The position numbers and the translations under genes were made by a program. The notes below the pieces were generated by a model. The model saw only the letters and a program-made list of their open reading frames with translations. It did no database searches and had not been told where the DNA came from. Shown one piece after another: positions 18,232 through 28,707 of a stretch of DNA of 64,000 bases. The DNA is from Bacteroidales bacterium (GTDB lineage: Bacteria > Bacteroidota > Bacteroidia > Bacteroidales > UBA932). The DNA is taken from positions 3,914 through 67,913 of the forward strand of contig JAAYYL010000176.1 of assembly GCA_012515395.1 (NCBI GenBank). Direction: 5' to 3'. Positions within the stretch are counted from its first letter, which is position 1; every line of letters starts with the position of its first letter.

Positions 18232-18450
18232 ATGCCCAAACAATCTGCAATAGAAAAAGAAGGTGTAATTATTGAAGCCCTGTCCAATGCCATGTTTCGT
18301 GTGGAGCTGGATAACGGACATGTGATAATTGCGCACATTTCGGGAAAGATGAGGATGCACTACATCCGTATACTACCCGGGGACAGGGTTCGGGTAGAAA
18401 TGTCTCCCTATGATCTTACTAAAGGCCGCATAACCTTTAGGTATAAGTAA
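18232..18450 (+). CDS. infA: Translation initiation factor IF-1
   Basis: 72 aa; [20 protein letters not shown]. Confidence 0.97.
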   Translation: MPKQSAIEKEGVIIEALSNAMFRVELDNGHVIIAHISGKMRMHYIRILPGDRVRVEMSPYDLTKGRITFRYK

Positions 18451-18471
18451 TTATGTTTAAAGATTACTACA

Positions 18472-18588
18472 ATGAAAGTAAAAGCATCCGTTAAAAAGCG
18501 CAGTGAAGATTGTAAAATCGTAAGACGTAAAGGACGTTTGTACGTAATTTGCAAAAAGAACCCCAAGTTCAAAATGCGTCAGGGATAA
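18472..18588 (+). CDS. rpmJ: 50S ribosomal protein L36
   Basis: Below the ORF-track size cut-off. Hand translation gives [38 protein letters not shown], with TAA at 18586..18588. It sits at the canonical position between infA and rpsM. Confidence 0.93.
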   Translation: MKVKASVKKRSEDCKIVRRKGRLYVICKKNPKFKMRQG

Positions 18589-18619
18589 AAACCAGTAAAA
18601 TCAAAAAGTATTATAAATT

Positions 18620-18997
18620 ATGGCACGTATAGCCGGAGTTGACTTACCCAATAACAAACGCGGAGAAATAGGACTGACCTATATCTACGGGATTGGTCGC
18701 AGCTCTGCCCGGGATATCCTGAGCAAAGCGGGGATCGATTTTGACACAAAAGTGAAGGATTGGAATGACGATCAGATCGCAGCCATCCGTTCGCTGATTA
18801 CGGAAGAATACAAAATTGAAGGAGAACTTCGTTCTTCCGTACAAATGAATATCAAAAGGTTGATGGATATCGGTTGCTACAGAGGCATCCGTCATCGTAT
18901 AGGATTGCCGGTACGCGGTCAGACCACCAAAAACAACGCACGTACCCGTAAAGGACGTAAAAAAACGGTGGCTAACAAGAAGAAAGCAACCAAATAA
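18620..18997 (+). CDS. rpsM: 30S ribosomal protein S13
   Basis: [14 protein letters not shown]. Confidence 0.97.
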   Translation: MARIAGVDLPNNKRGEIGLTYIYGIGRSSARDILSKAGIDFDTKVKDWNDDQIAAIRSLITEEYKIEGELRSSVQMNIKRLMDIGCYRGIRHRIGLPVRGQTTKNNARTRKGRKKTVANKKKATK

Positions 18998-19008
18998 CAA
19001 CTGAGATT

Positions 19009-19401
19009 ATGGCAAAAAAATCAAATACTTCCAACAAGAAGAAAGTGGTCAAAGTGGATGCTTACGGACAAGCACACATTTCTTCTACATTCAACAATGT
19101 GATCGTGACCCTGGCTAACAGCGAAGGACAGGTTATCAGTTGGTCCTCCGCCGGAAAAATGGGATTCCGGGGATCCAAGAAAAACACCCCTTATGCTGCC
19201 CAGACAGCTGCTGCCGATTGCGCCAAAGTTGCTTACGACCTGGGATTACGCAAAGTAAAGGCATATGTTAAAGGACCCGGATCGGGCCGCGAGTCTGCCA
19301 TACGCACGATCCACGGAGCCGGTATTGAAATTATGGAAATCATAGATGTAACCCCTCTGCCTCACAACGGATGCCGTCCCAAAGGACGCCGCAGGGTATA
19401 A
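19009..19401 (+). CDS. rpsK: 30S ribosomal protein S11
   Basis: [21 protein letters not shown]. Confidence 0.97.
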   Translation: MAKKSNTSNKKKVVKVDAYGQAHISSTFNNVIVTLANSEGQVISWSSAGKMGFRGSKKNTPYAAQTAAADCAKVAYDLGLRKVKAYVKGPGSGRESAIRTIHGAGIEIMEIIDVTPLPHNGCRPKGRRRV

Positions 19402-19427
19402 TTGTTGATCAATAAAAAAGAAAGAAG

Positions 19428-20033
19428 ATGGCAAGATATACAGGCCCAAAAACAAAAATAGCCCGTAAATTCGGAGAACCGATTTACGGACCGGATAAAA
19501 ATTACGAACGTAAGAATTATCCTCCCGGACAACACGGGATGATGAAGAAACGTAAAAAAACGTCGGAATACGGTATCCAGCTTAAAGAAAAGCAAAAAGT
19601 AAAATATACTTACGGTATTTTAGAACGCCAGTTCCACAATTTGTTCAAAAAAGCGTCTTCCATGAAAGGCCGCAAAGGTGAGAACCTTCTGCTTTTACTG
19701 GAAAGTCGCCTGGACAACATTGTATTCCGTATGGGAATAGCTCCTTCCAGACCCGCAGCACGCCAATTGGTGACTCACCGTCATATAACCGTAGACGGGA
19801 AAGTATGCAACATTCCTTCGGCCCTTATTCGTCCGGGTGCCATAGTTGCTGTAAGGGAACGTTCCAAGAACCTGGAAGTTATTCAGGAGAATATATCCCG
19901 TTCAGTAAGCAAATATCCCTGGATAGAATGGGATGCCGCTTCCGTTTCAGGTAAGTTTTTGAACTTCCCCGACAGGACCGAGATCCCTGAAACTATCAAT
20001 GAGCAATTAATCGTGGAGTTGTACTCCAAGTAA
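19428..20033 (+). CDS. rpsD: 30S ribosomal protein S4
   Basis: [17 protein letters not shown]. Confidence 0.97.
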   Translation: MARYTGPKTKIARKFGEPIYGPDKNYERKNYPPGQHGMMKKRKKTSEYGIQLKEKQKVKYTYGILERQFHNLFKKASSMKGRKGENLLLLLESRLDNIVFRMGIAPSRPAARQLVTHRHITVDGKVCNIPSALIRPGAIVAVRERSKNLEVIQENISRSVSKYPWIEWDAASVSGKFLNFPDRTEIPETINEQLIVELYSK

Positions 20034-20050
20034 CATTTTAAAATTCTACA

Positions 20051-21073
20051 ATGGCCATTTTAGCATTTCAAAAACCCGATAAAGTAATTATGCTTGAAGC
20101 AACCGATACGTTCGGACGTTTTGAGTTCCGTCCCCTGGAACCCGGATACGCCACGACCATCGGAAATGCATTGCGCAGAATACTGTTGTCCTCATTGGAA
20201 GGATACGCACTGACATACGTCAGGATTGACGGTGTTGAACACGAATTTGCAACCATCCCCGGAGTGATGGAAAATGTAGTGGATATCATTCTCAACCTGA
20301 AACAGGTGCGGTTCAAGAGAATGATCGAAGGTGTGGATGAAGAAACGGTCAGAGTGACTGTTAAAGGAAAGGACGTTTTTACTGCAGGTGAGATTTCCAG
20401 GCAGCTTACGTCTTTCAAGGTACTCAATCCGGACTTTGTGATCTGCAACATGGATACTTCAGTTTCCCTTACCATGGAATTGCATATTGGCAAAGGACGC
20501 GGGTATGTACCTGCCGAAGAAAACCGGATTGAAAACGCACCGTTCGGGTTAATCGCCATGGATGCCATTTATACTCCTATCAAGAATGTGAATTATTCTA
20601 TGGATTACTGGCGTGTTGAACAGAAAACCGATTACGAAAAACTGAATATCGAAGTTACCACTGACGGGTCAATTCACCCGAAAGATGCACTGAAAGAAGC
20701 GGCCAGGATACTGATCCACCATTTTATGCTTTTTTCCGACGAGCGTATCAGCCTGGAACTTCCGCAGGAAGATGTCAGTACGGAACTGGATGAAGAATCT
20801 TTGCGTATGCGTCAGCTTCTGTTAACAAAGCTCTCTGATATGGAACTTTCCGTCAGAGCTCTGAATTGCCTGAAAGCTGCCGAGATTGAAACATTTGCAG
20901 ATTTGGTTTCCGTACCCCGTCACGAATTGATGAAATTCCGCAACTTCGGAAAAAAATCACTCACTGAAATTGATATGCTTATGGAGCGTCTGGATCTCTC
21001 TTTTGGAATAGACGTGACCAAGTACAATATTGAAAAGAAAGTAAAGAAACATGAGACACAGAAAGACAATTAA
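20051..21073 (+). CDS. rpoA: DNA-directed RNA polymerase subunit alpha
   Basis: [25 protein letters not shown]. The 3' end overlaps rplQ by 23 nt. Confidence 0.96.
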   Translation: MAILAFQKPDKVIMLEATDTFGRFEFRPLEPGYATTIGNALRRILLSSLEGYALTYVRIDGVEHEFATIPGVMENVVDIILNLKQVRFKRMIEGVDEETVRVTVKGKDVFTAGEISRQLTSFKVLNPDFVICNMDTSVSLTMELHIGKGRGYVPAEENRIENAPFGLIAMDAIYTPIKNVNYSMDYWRVEQKTDYEKLNIEVTTDGSIHPKDALKEAARILIHHFMLFSDERISLELPQEDVSTELDEESLRMRQLLLTKLSDMELSVRALNCLKAAEIETFADLVSVPRHELMKFRNFGKKSLTEIDMLMERLDLSFGIDVTKYNIEKKVKKHETQKDN

Positions 21074-21617
21074 CCACCTGGGACGCAAAACCGCTCACCG
21101 GAAGGCCATGTTGGCCAATATGGCTTCGTCCCTTATACTTCATAAGCGCATAGAAACTACTGTAGCAAAAGCCAAGGCATTGCGCATTTACGTGGAACCG
21201 CTTATTACAAAATCCAAACTGGATACGACACATTCACGCCGTACCGTCTTTTCCTACCTGAAAGACAAAGATGCCGTGAGTGAACTCTTCCGGGTGGTGG
21301 CTCCTAAGATAGCCGATCGTCCGGGAGGATATACACGTATTCTGAAAACAGGCTTCCGCGCCGGTGATGCCGCAGATATGGCTATGATTGAATTCGTTGA
21401 TTTCAACGAAACCGCTCTTGCCGGATCAACCAAAAAGGAAGTAAAGAAAACGACACGTCGCGGACGTTCAAAAACGGCCAAGGCAAAAACCGAAACAGAA
21501 GCACCTGCAGAAAAACCCGCACCAAAACCTGCAGAAAAGAAAGTAGAGCAGCCGGTTGAAGAAACCGTGACGGAGGAAAAAACAGAAGAAACTTCTGCCG
21601 AAACCGAAAAGGAGTAA
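21051..21617 (+). CDS. rplQ: 50S ribosomal protein L17 with a ~60 aa Lys/Glu/Pro/Thr-rich C-terminal tail
   Basis: [29 protein letters not shown], followed by a low-complexity tail. Confidence 0.95.
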   Translation: MRHRKTINHLGRKTAHRKAMLANMASSLILHKRIETTVAKAKALRIYVEPLITKSKLDTTHSRRTVFSYLKDKDAVSELFRVVAPKIADRPGGYTRILKTGFRAGDAADMAMIEFVDFNETALAGSTKKEVKKTTRRGRSKTAKAKTETEAPAEKPAPKPAEKKVEQPVEETVTEEKTEETSAETEKE

Positions 21618-21635
21618 GCGGATTAATAGAAAATG

Positions 21636-21667
21636 TTCCCGGGAAATTTTTCCGGGAATATTTTTTT
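21636..21667 (+). terminator. Intrinsic terminator after rplQ
   Basis: Stem TTCCCGG (21636..21642) pairs with CCGGGAA (21652..21658) around a 9 nt loop, followed by the T-run tattttttt. Confidence 0.7.
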
Positions 21668-21680
21668 ATGCAGGAAGACC

Positions 21681-21688
21681 TATCTTTG
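21681..21688 (+). promoter_or_regulatory. -7 box TATCTTTG for tgt
   Basis: Ends 4 nt before the tgt ATG at 21693. Confidence 0.45.
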
Positions 21689-21692
21689 CAAG

Positions 21693-22823
21693 ATGAATTT
21701 CACTGTAGTGAATTGCGACCCGGAAAGTGCAGCAAGAACCGGCCGGATAGACACGGATCACGGAGAGATCCATACGCCCATATTCATGCCCGTAGGGACG
21801 TTGGCTACGGTGAAAGGTCTGTTCCACAAAGAGCTGACAGAAGACGCCAAAGCGCAGATCATTCTGGGTAATACGTATCATCTGTATTTGCGTCCGGGTA
21901 CTGACATTATTGGCAAAGCAGGCGGGTTCCATAAATTTTGCAGTTGGGACAAGCCTGTTTTAACAGATAGCGGAGGATACCAGGTCTTTTCATTGGCCGC
22001 AAAACGCAAGCTTACTCCCGAAGGGTACTATTTTCAATCCCACATTGACGGATCCCGACATTTCTTTTCACCGGAAAAAACTGTAGATGTGCAGCGTATC
22101 ATTGGGGCCGACATCATTATGGCCCTTGATGAATGCACTCCCGGAGATGCGACTTACGACTATGCCCGCGATTCTATGTTTCTAACACAACAATGGCTTG
22201 AGAGGGGAATGACGCATTTTCACCGGACACGGGATTTGTACGGGTACAGTCAGGCTTATTTCCCTATTGTACAGGGATGTACTTACCCCGAATTGAGAAA
22301 ACAAGCTGCGGAACATGCCGCCGGGCTGGATGCCCAGGGGTATGCCATCGGGGGACTTTCCGTGGGCGAGCCGGCCGAGGTTATGTATCAGATGATTGAA
22401 ACGGTAGACCCGTATTTACCAAAAGACAGACCCCGTTATTTGATGGGAGTGGGAACTCCCGCCAACATTCTGGAAGGTATTGCCCGGGGCATTGATATGT
22501 TTGACTGTGTAATGCCCACAAGAAACGGACGGAACGGCATGTTGTTTACTCGGGACGGTATTGTAAATATCAAAAACCGGAAATGGGCAGATGACCTTTC
22601 TCCTGTTGATGACAAAGGGACATCTTTTGTGGACCGGACTTATTCGCGGGCCTATCTGAGACACTTATTTGTCGCAGGTGAAATGCTGGGGCCCCAGATT
22701 GCCAGCCTGCATAATCTGGCGTTTTATTTGCAACTGGTTAAAGAAGCTGCGGAACATATTGAAGCCGGGGATTTTACAATCTGGAAAAATCAAATGGTTA
22801 AACGTTTGGAAACAAGGCTCTAA
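21693..22823 (+). CDS. tgt: tRNA-guanine transglycosylase
   Basis: The ATG at 21693 gives MNFTVVNCDPESAARTGRIDTDHGEIHTPIFMPVGT; LTDSGGYQVFSL and AIGGLSVGE. Confidence 0.95.
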   Translation: MNFTVVNCDPESAARTGRIDTDHGEIHTPIFMPVGTLATVKGLFHKELTEDAKAQIILGNTYHLYLRPGTDIIGKAGGFHKFCSWDKPVLTDSGGYQVFSLAAKRKLTPEGYYFQSHIDGSRHFFSPEKTVDVQRIIGADIIMALDECTPGDATYDYARDSMFLTQQWLERGMTHFHRTRDLYGYSQAYFPIVQGCTYPELRKQAAEHAAGLDAQGYAIGGLSVGEPAEVMYQMIETVDPYLPKDRPRYLMGVGTPANILEGIARGIDMFDCVMPTRNGRNGMLFTRDGIVNIKNRKWADDLSPVDDKGTSFVDRTYSRAYLRHLFVAGEMLGPQIASLHNLAFYLQLVKEAAEHIEAGDFTIWKNQMVKRLETRL

Positions 22824-23938
22824 TGCAAAAAAATAAAGACAACAAACGACCGTACAATTTCCATATTACCACATTGGATTGGTATATAATACGGAAATTT
22901 ATTGGCACGTATTTTTTTGCTATTCTCATTATAATTGGTATCGTTATCATTTTTGATATCAGTGAAAAGATTGATGATTTTGTAGATAAAGAAGCCCCCC
23001 TTCGCGCTGTAGTGGTTGACTATTACATGAATTTCATCCCGTATTTCATGAATATGTTTTCTCCGCTGTTCGTCTTTATTTCCGTGATTTTCTTTACTTC
23101 AAAACTGGCCGGACACAGCGAGATCATTGCTATGCTCAGCGGAGGTATCAGTTTCAACCGGATCATGTATCCCTATATTTTGTCTGCTTTGTTCATTGCC
23201 GTGCTCTCTTTGGCCTTGAACTGGTTTGTAATACCTCCTGCAAACAAGAACCGCCTGGCATTTGAAGAACGTTATCTGAAAACAAGAACGGAATACAACC
23301 GCAACATTCATTACCAGGTTGAACCCGGGTCTTATGTTTATATTGAATCTTACAATACGTGGAACAACACAGCCATACGTTTCACACTGGAAACCTTCCG
23401 GGGCAACGAACTGATTTCAAAACTTTCGGCAGAAACTGCGCGTTGGGATTCCACTTCCGGGAAATGGCGCCTGAATGAATACAACATCCGCCGTTTTTCC
23501 GATACGGCACATAAAGTAACCTGGGGCAGACAGCTGGATACCCTGATAGACATAACGGGAGCGGACCTGGTCCGCCGTAAAGAATCTGTGGAACAATTCA
23601 ACCTCAGCCAGCTGAACCGTTTTATTGAAACGCTCAGAATGAGGGGAGATACAAATATTAAATTCGCCCTGATCCAGAAAAACTCAAGGTTGGCTATTCC
23701 GTTCTCGTCCTTTATTCTTACGATCATGGGAGTTGCCTTGTCCTCACGCAAAAGAAGAGGAGGTATAGGCTTAAATATCGGGATCGGGATTGCCCTGAGT
23801 TTTTCCTATATTCTGTTCCTGAGGTTTTCGGAAATGTTTGTTCACGCAGATGCATTGCCGCCGGCCATTGCATTGTGGATCCCCAATGTACTCTATGCGA
23901 TGATTGCATTGGTATTGTACCGCCTGGCACCAAAATAA
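22823..23938 (+). CDS. LptF/LptG family LPS export permease
   Basis: LDWYIIRKFIGTYFFAIL (YjgP/YjgQ N-terminus), six TM helices and a central periplasmic domain. The start overlaps the tgt stop as TAATG. Confidence 0.8.
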   Translation: MQKNKDNKRPYNFHITTLDWYIIRKFIGTYFFAILIIIGIVIIFDISEKIDDFVDKEAPLRAVVVDYYMNFIPYFMNMFSPLFVFISVIFFTSKLAGHSEIIAMLSGGISFNRIMYPYILSALFIAVLSLALNWFVIPPANKNRLAFEERYLKTRTEYNRNIHYQVEPGSYVYIESYNTWNNTAIRFTLETFRGNELISKLSAETARWDSTSGKWRLNEYNIRRFSDTAHKVTWGRQLDTLIDITGADLVRRKESVEQFNLSQLNRFIETLRMRGDTNIKFALIQKNSRLAIPFSSFILTIMGVALSSRKRRGGIGLNIGIGIALSFSYILFLRFSEMFVHADALPPAIALWIPNVLYAMIALVLYRLAPK

Positions 23939-23960
23939 GGATATAAAACCTGATATCTAT

Positions 23961-24917
23961 ATGAGTAAAACTATCTTAATTGTCGGAGCCGGAGGGCAGA
24001 TTGGAACGGAATTGATCCCGCATATGCAACAGCTATACGGGGAAGACCACGTAATTGCTGCCGAATTGCGTCCCCAGGTGTGTGAGAAATTATCGGAAAA
24101 AGTTCGTGTTGAATGTTTAAATGCACTGGATGCACGGGCGTACGCATCGGTGATTAAGAAATACAGACCTGACTGGATTTTCAACCTGGTTGCCGTACTC
24201 TCGGCAACAGGAGAAAAAGATCCGCAGACAGCATGGCACGTCAATATGGGAGCTCTGCTCAACAGCCTGGAATTGGCCAGGGAATACAAATGCGGAGTTT
24301 TCACCCCCAGTTCAATAGGCGCATTCGGAAGCAACACTCCCTCAAACGGAACTCCGCAAGATACCGTGATGCGACCAAATACCATATACGGGGTTTGTAA
24401 AGTATCGGGAGAATTGTTGTCCGATTATTATTATTCAAGGTTTGGCGTAGACACTCGCAGTGTCCGTTTTCCGGGCATTATATCTCACGGGACGCTTCCC
24501 GGAGGAGGTACTACCGATTATGCCGTAGAGATATTTTACGCGGCCGTTAAGGGTGAATCCTACACATGTCCCATTCCTCACAATTCTTACATGGACATGA
24601 TGTATATGCCGGATGCCCTGCAGGCATGCAGTGGCCTGATTGAAGCAGATCCTTCACGATTGAAGCACCGGAACAGTTTCAACATTACGGCCATGAGCTT
24701 TTGCCCCAGGGAGCTTTACGAAGTTATCCGGCGCCGTGTCCCTGATTTTAAGATGACCTACCGGGTGGATCCCGTAAAACAAGCCATAGCGGATTCCTGG
24801 CCCGATTACATGGATGATACATGTGCTCGTGAAGAATGGGGATGGAACCCTGTCTGGGACATTGATGCCATGGCTGACGACATGCTAAGGAATCTGAAAG
24901 TAAAATTGTTGAAGTGA
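23961..24917 (+). CDS. NAD-dependent epimerase/dehydratase family protein (L-threonine 3-dehydrogenase-like)
   Basis: The ATG at 23961 gives MSKTILIVGAGGQIGTEL (Rossmann fold); YGVCK is the catalytic YxxxK. Confidence 0.7.
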   Translation: MSKTILIVGAGGQIGTELIPHMQQLYGEDHVIAAELRPQVCEKLSEKVRVECLNALDARAYASVIKKYRPDWIFNLVAVLSATGEKDPQTAWHVNMGALLNSLELAREYKCGVFTPSSIGAFGSNTPSNGTPQDTVMRPNTIYGVCKVSGELLSDYYYSRFGVDTRSVRFPGIISHGTLPGGGTTDYAVEIFYAAVKGESYTCPIPHNSYMDMMYMPDALQACSGLIEADPSRLKHRNSFNITAMSFCPRELYEVIRRRVPDFKMTYRVDPVKQAIADSWPDYMDDTCAREEWGWNPVWDIDAMADDMLRNLKVKLLK

Positions 24918-24918
24918 G

Positions 24919-25869
24919 ATGGATTATCTGTTGATCATTGCGGGCTTTGTTCTTTTAACCGGAGGCGCCAATTTTTTGATAAACGGAGCCACGGGCCTGG
25001 CCGCGAAACTCAATATTTCAAACCTGGTGATCGGTTTGACGGTAGTGGCTTTTGGCACTTCCGCTCCTGAACTGGTGGTCAATGTGGTGGCAGCAATCGA
25101 GGGAAGCAATGAAATTGCACTGACCAATGTGCTGGGAAGCAACTCCATCAATACGTTTGTTATACTCGGCATGTCTGCCCTGTTTTATCCTTTGTTGGCA
25201 CAACGGTCGACCATCCGGGTAGAGATACCCCTGAGTTTGTTTGCTGCCGTTGCAGTACTCGTTTTGGGCAGCGGCATGTTCCTCTCACCGGTAAAAGGAC
25301 TGTCCCGCCTGGACGGGGTGTTTCTCCTGCTTTGTTTTACGCTGTTCATATTTTATATATTTTACCTGGGGAAAAAAGGAAAAGCGCCTGTGGCAGATGA
25401 AAACTACAAGCCGATGGGCATTGCAAAAGCTGTTTCTTTGGTGGTTGGCGGTTTGGCCTGTCTTGCCATCGGGGCCGAGATGATCGTCCGTTCCGCGGTA
25501 AACCTGGCTGTGTCGTGGGGCGTAAGCCAGGCAGTAGTGGGGGTAACGATCGTGGCCCTTGGAACGTCGCTTCCCGAGTTGGCCACCTCCGTGGCCGCTG
25601 CCTACAAAAAAAGCTCCGACATTGCCGTGGGAAATATTATCGGATCCAACATATTCAACGTTTTCCTGGTATTGGGAGTAAGTGCCGTGATCCGGCCCCT
25701 GCCCATGTATCCCAATCTGGTTGCCGATGCTGCCGTAGCAGCCTCGGGAAGTCTTCTTGTACTGATTTTTGCAGGACTCGGCAAAAAGCACACATTAAAA
25801 AGAATACACGGCATCATCCTGCTGGCCGTCTATGCCGCATACCTGGCGTGGATCATTGGTACGTTGTAA
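24919..25869 (+). CDS. CaCA family sodium/calcium antiporter (YrbG-like)
   Basis: Duplicated alpha-repeats GTSAPEL and GTSLPEL; about 10 TM helices. Confidence 0.85.
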   Translation: MDYLLIIAGFVLLTGGANFLINGATGLAAKLNISNLVIGLTVVAFGTSAPELVVNVVAAIEGSNEIALTNVLGSNSINTFVILGMSALFYPLLAQRSTIRVEIPLSLFAAVAVLVLGSGMFLSPVKGLSRLDGVFLLLCFTLFIFYIFYLGKKGKAPVADENYKPMGIAKAVSLVVGGLACLAIGAEMIVRSAVNLAVSWGVSQAVVGVTIVALGTSLPELATSVAAAYKKSSDIAVGNIIGSNIFNVFLVLGVSAVIRPLPMYPNLVADAAVAASGSLLVLIFAGLGKKHTLKRIHGIILLAVYAAYLAWIIGTL

Positions 25870-25872
25870 ATT

Positions 25873-27315
25873 CTATAGGAACATGCCGATCATGGAAGCC
25901 GAGAGCAACCCGGCCAATGTGGCTCCCAGCAGTGCCCTGAAGCCGTATTTGGCCAGCAAATGCCTTTGGTTGGGAGCTATTCCTCCTATTCCTCCTATCT
26001 GTATTCCTACAGAAGCAAAATTGGCAAACCCGCATAATACATAGGTGGAAATGATCAGGGATTTTGTGCTTACAAAAGAACCTGCCTGAATCATTTGTGC
26101 CAGGCTGCTGTATCCGACAAATTCAGTCATAATAAGTTTTTCTCCAAGCAAACGCCCGACCAGGGCAATGTCTTGTCCGGTAACACCTGTAAGCCAGATA
26201 ACAGGGGCAAAAAGATAAGAAAGAATGCATTCCATTGACAGGCTGTCATACATTCCGTTTGTCCAGTCGGCAATCAGATTGTTCAGATGCGTCCATTGTC
26301 CCACTTTCCCGAATATGTAATTTGCTCCGGCGATCAATGCGTAAAAGACCAATAACATGGCAGCTACGTTTGCAGCCAGTTTTAGTCCGTCAATAGATCC
26401 GTTTGCTATGGAATCCAACGCACTTTTTCCCATTTTCTCTTTGGAAACGCTGACCGAATTGTCAATGGTTTCAGTCTGCGGCACAAGGATCTTTGCCATG
26501 GCTATGGCTCCGGGCGCAGCCATAACCGATGCCGAAAGAAGGTGTTTGGCAAAGGCTACGCTCATTTGAAGATCTCCCCCGCCCAACATCCCGATGTAAG
26601 CGGCCAATACCCCGCCGGCCATGGTACTCATGCCGGCTGTCATGACAAGCATGACCTCGGACTTTGTCATTTTTGGAATGTATGCCTTAACAAGCAGCGG
26701 GGCTTCTGTCTGGCCAAGGAAAATGTTCCCGGCAGTTGAAAGACTCTCGGCTCCGGATATGCGCATAAGTTTAGTAAAGACCCAGGCCATCACCCATACT
26801 ACTTTCTGAATGACTCCCCAATAAAACAAAAGGGAGGTGAGGGCAGAGAAAAATATGATAGTGGGCAGTATCTGGAAGGCAAAAACATAGCCGAACCGAC
26901 TTTGGTCCATCAACGAACCGAACAGGAATTCAGATCCTGCTCTTGTCCAGTCCAGGACTTTGACAAATGCCCTCCCGAAGACATCAAAAACCATCTGTAC
27001 GGCAGGTACGGAAAGGATCCCAATAGCAATGAGCAGTTGCAGGGCAAGGGCTATTCCCACGGTGCGCCAGCTGACGTGGCGCCTGTCTGTGCTGAAAAGC
27101 CAGGCAATCAATAACAGGGAAAAAATACCCAGCAAACCTCTGAGTATGGACTTTATGTTGAAGACAAATTGCCGGCTTTCCAAGATGCCCTGGTAAGGAT
27201 TCTCTGCTTCCAGGATTTCTGTGCCGGATTGAACCACAAGCGTGGAATCGTTTTGTGCCTGCATGACATTTACCGATAACACCATACAGAAGAGAAGAAA
27301 TAGAACTTTTTTCAC
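25873..27315 (-). CDS. nupC: NupC/CNT family nucleoside transporter
   Basis: 480 aa; typical CNT C-terminal half (GFANFASVGIQIGG). GTG start; no in-frame ATG gives the signal-like N-terminus MKKVLFLLF. Confidence 0.85.
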   Translation of the reverse strand: MKKVLFLLFCMVLSVNVMQAQNDSTLVVQSGTEILEAENPYQGILESRQFVFNIKSILRGLLGIFSLLLIAWLFSTDRRHVSWRTVGIALALQLLIAIGILSVPAVQMVFDVFGRAFVKVLDWTRAGSEFLFGSLMDQSRFGYVFAFQILPTIIFFSALTSLLFYWGVIQKVVWVMAWVFTKLMRISGAESLSTAGNIFLGQTEAPLLVKAYIPKMTKSEVMLVMTAGMSTMAGGVLAAYIGMLGGGDLQMSVAFAKHLLSASVMAAPGAIAMAKILVPQTETIDNSVSVSKEKMGKSALDSIANGSIDGLKLAANVAAMLLVFYALIAGANYIFGKVGQWTHLNNLIADWTNGMYDSLSMECILSYLFAPVIWLTGVTGQDIALVGRLLGEKLIMTEFVGYSSLAQMIQAGSFVSTKSLIISTYVLCGFANFASVGIQIGGIGGIAPNQRHLLAKYGFRALLGATLAGLLSASMIGMFL

Positions 27316-27340
27316 AAGGATGGTTTTTGGAGTAACTGCG

Positions 27341-27348
27341 CAAAGATA
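27341..27348 (-). promoter_or_regulatory. -7 box TATCTTTG (minus strand) for nupC
   Basis: The reverse complement of caaagata. It lies in the left arm of the inverted repeat at 27338..27369. Confidence 0.45.
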
Positions 27349-27358
27349 AACAAAATGC

Positions 27359-27366
27359 TAACTTTG
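27359..27366 (+). promoter_or_regulatory. -7 box TAACTTTG for the GSCFA gene
   Basis: Lies in the right arm of the inverted repeat and ends 5 nt before the ATG at 27372. Confidence 0.45.
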
Positions 27367-27371
27367 CGCAT

Positions 27372-28310
27372 ATGGAATGGCAAACAAAAATAACAACAGA
27401 ATACTTACAACATCCGCTTTCTTATGCCAACAGGTTCTTGTTTGCGGGATCTTGTTTTGCACAGGAAATGGCACAACAAATGAAGGATCTGCATTTTCAG
27501 GTGGCCAAAGACGCTTTTGGCCCGTTGTTTAACCCGGCTTCCATTGCTTCCGCCCTGGAACGCCTGGAAAACCCCGGATTCATTAAAATGGAAGATGTGA
27601 TGCAATTCCCTTATGAAGCTTTCGGTTCTTTGTGGCATCATACTTCATTTTCAAGGGAAACGCCGGAGGCTTTTTTGGAAAACGCCAATGCCGGTCTTAA
27701 GGAAGCTTCGTGCTTTTTCAAGAAAGCCGATATAATTGTCATTACTTTTGGAACGGCCTGGGTTTATAAATACAACGGATCGGTAGTGGCCAACTGCCAC
27801 AAAATGCCGGCGCGTCTTTTTGATCGTGTATTTTTAGAACCGGAGGAAATTGATGAAATATTTGCCCCTGTCATTGAAAGGAACCGGGATAAAACATGGA
27901 TCATGACCGTCAGTCCCATACGTCATCTGGCTGACGGGGCCCACGGCAACCAATTGAGCAAGGCATCCCTTCATCTTGCCGTAAAGCGATTGCAGGAAAG
28001 GTTTTCCAATATTTGGTACTTTCCATCCTACGAACTGGTAATGGACGAATTGCGTGATTACAGGTTTTACGGACCCGACCGCTGCCACCTGACACAGGAA
28101 ACCACCGCTTACATCCGGGACCGCTTTCTGGAAGCTGCTGCAGATCAGGAAACCAGGGCTCTGGTAAAGGAAATGCACAAGCTTAATACCTCTTTTGCGC
28201 ACAAACCCCTCTTTCCCCGTTCGGGATCTTACGGAAAATTTGTCAAAAATCTGGAGAAACAAGAGGCTGAATTGCTGCAAACTATTGGAAACAAAATAAA
28301 AAAGTGTTAG
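27372..28310 (+). CDS. GSCFA domain protein
   Basis: The literal motif FAGSCFAQEM is near the N-terminus. Confidence 0.85.
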   Translation: MEWQTKITTEYLQHPLSYANRFLFAGSCFAQEMAQQMKDLHFQVAKDAFGPLFNPASIASALERLENPGFIKMEDVMQFPYEAFGSLWHHTSFSRETPEAFLENANAGLKEASCFFKKADIIVITFGTAWVYKYNGSVVANCHKMPARLFDRVFLEPEEIDEIFAPVIERNRDKTWIMTVSPIRHLADGAHGNQLSKASLHLAVKRLQERFSNIWYFPSYELVMDELRDYRFYGPDRCHLTQETTAYIRDRFLEAAADQETRALVKEMHKLNTSFAHKPLFPRSGSYGKFVKNLEKQEAELLQTIGNKIKKC

Positions 28311-28362
28311 ATTTGTGGCAGATGCCTTATGAAAACATTCATTTAACCTAATATTTACTATT

Positions 28363-28620
28363 ATGAACAAAGCAGATCTTATTGCCGCAATGGCTGCAGA
28401 ATCCGGACTTTCAAAAGTTGATTCAAAAAAAGCACTGGACGCTTTTCTTGCCACAACAACCAAAGCCATGAAAAAAGGTGAAAGAGTTACTCTTGTCGGG
28501 TTTGGCTCATTTGTTGTGGGACACAGGGGCGAAAGGACAGGACGTAATCCTCGTACCGGGGCCACCATTAAAATCAAAGCTAAAAAAGTTGTTAAGTTCC
28601 GCCCCAGTATTGAACTGTAG
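28363..28620 (+). CDS. hup: HU family DNA-binding protein
   Basis: MNKADLIAAMA..GFGSF..RTGRNPRTG. Confidence 0.93.
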   Translation: MNKADLIAAMAAESGLSKVDSKKALDAFLATTTKAMKKGERVTLVGFGSFVVGHRGERTGRNPRTGATIKIKAKKVVKFRPSIEL

Positions 28621-28658
28621 CCAATGTTACAACATCAACCTGACGCGAGTCGGGTAAG

Positions 28659-28688
28659 AAAAAGGAGGACGCGTGTGTTCTCCTTTTT
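28659..28688 (+). terminator. Intrinsic terminator after the HU gene
   Basis: aaaGGAG (28661..28667) pairs with CTCCttt (28680..28686), followed by a T-run. Confidence 0.6.
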
Positions 28689-28707
28689 ATGTACATATTC
28701 AGGATAA

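Noticed and set aside
20068-20568. A 166 aa ORF antisense to rpoA. The same applies to 48802..49323 (antisense to rnfG) and 57319..57975 (antisense to GT2).
   Set aside because: The reasoning is the same. Each lies opposite a strongly recognised gene and has no independent signals.
27834-28577. A 247 aa minus-strand ORF spanning the GSCFA 3' end, the intergenic spacer and the whole HU gene.
   Set aside because: HU and GSCFA are unambiguous on the plus strand. The antisense product has no recognisable motifs, so this is most likely a chance stop-free frame.
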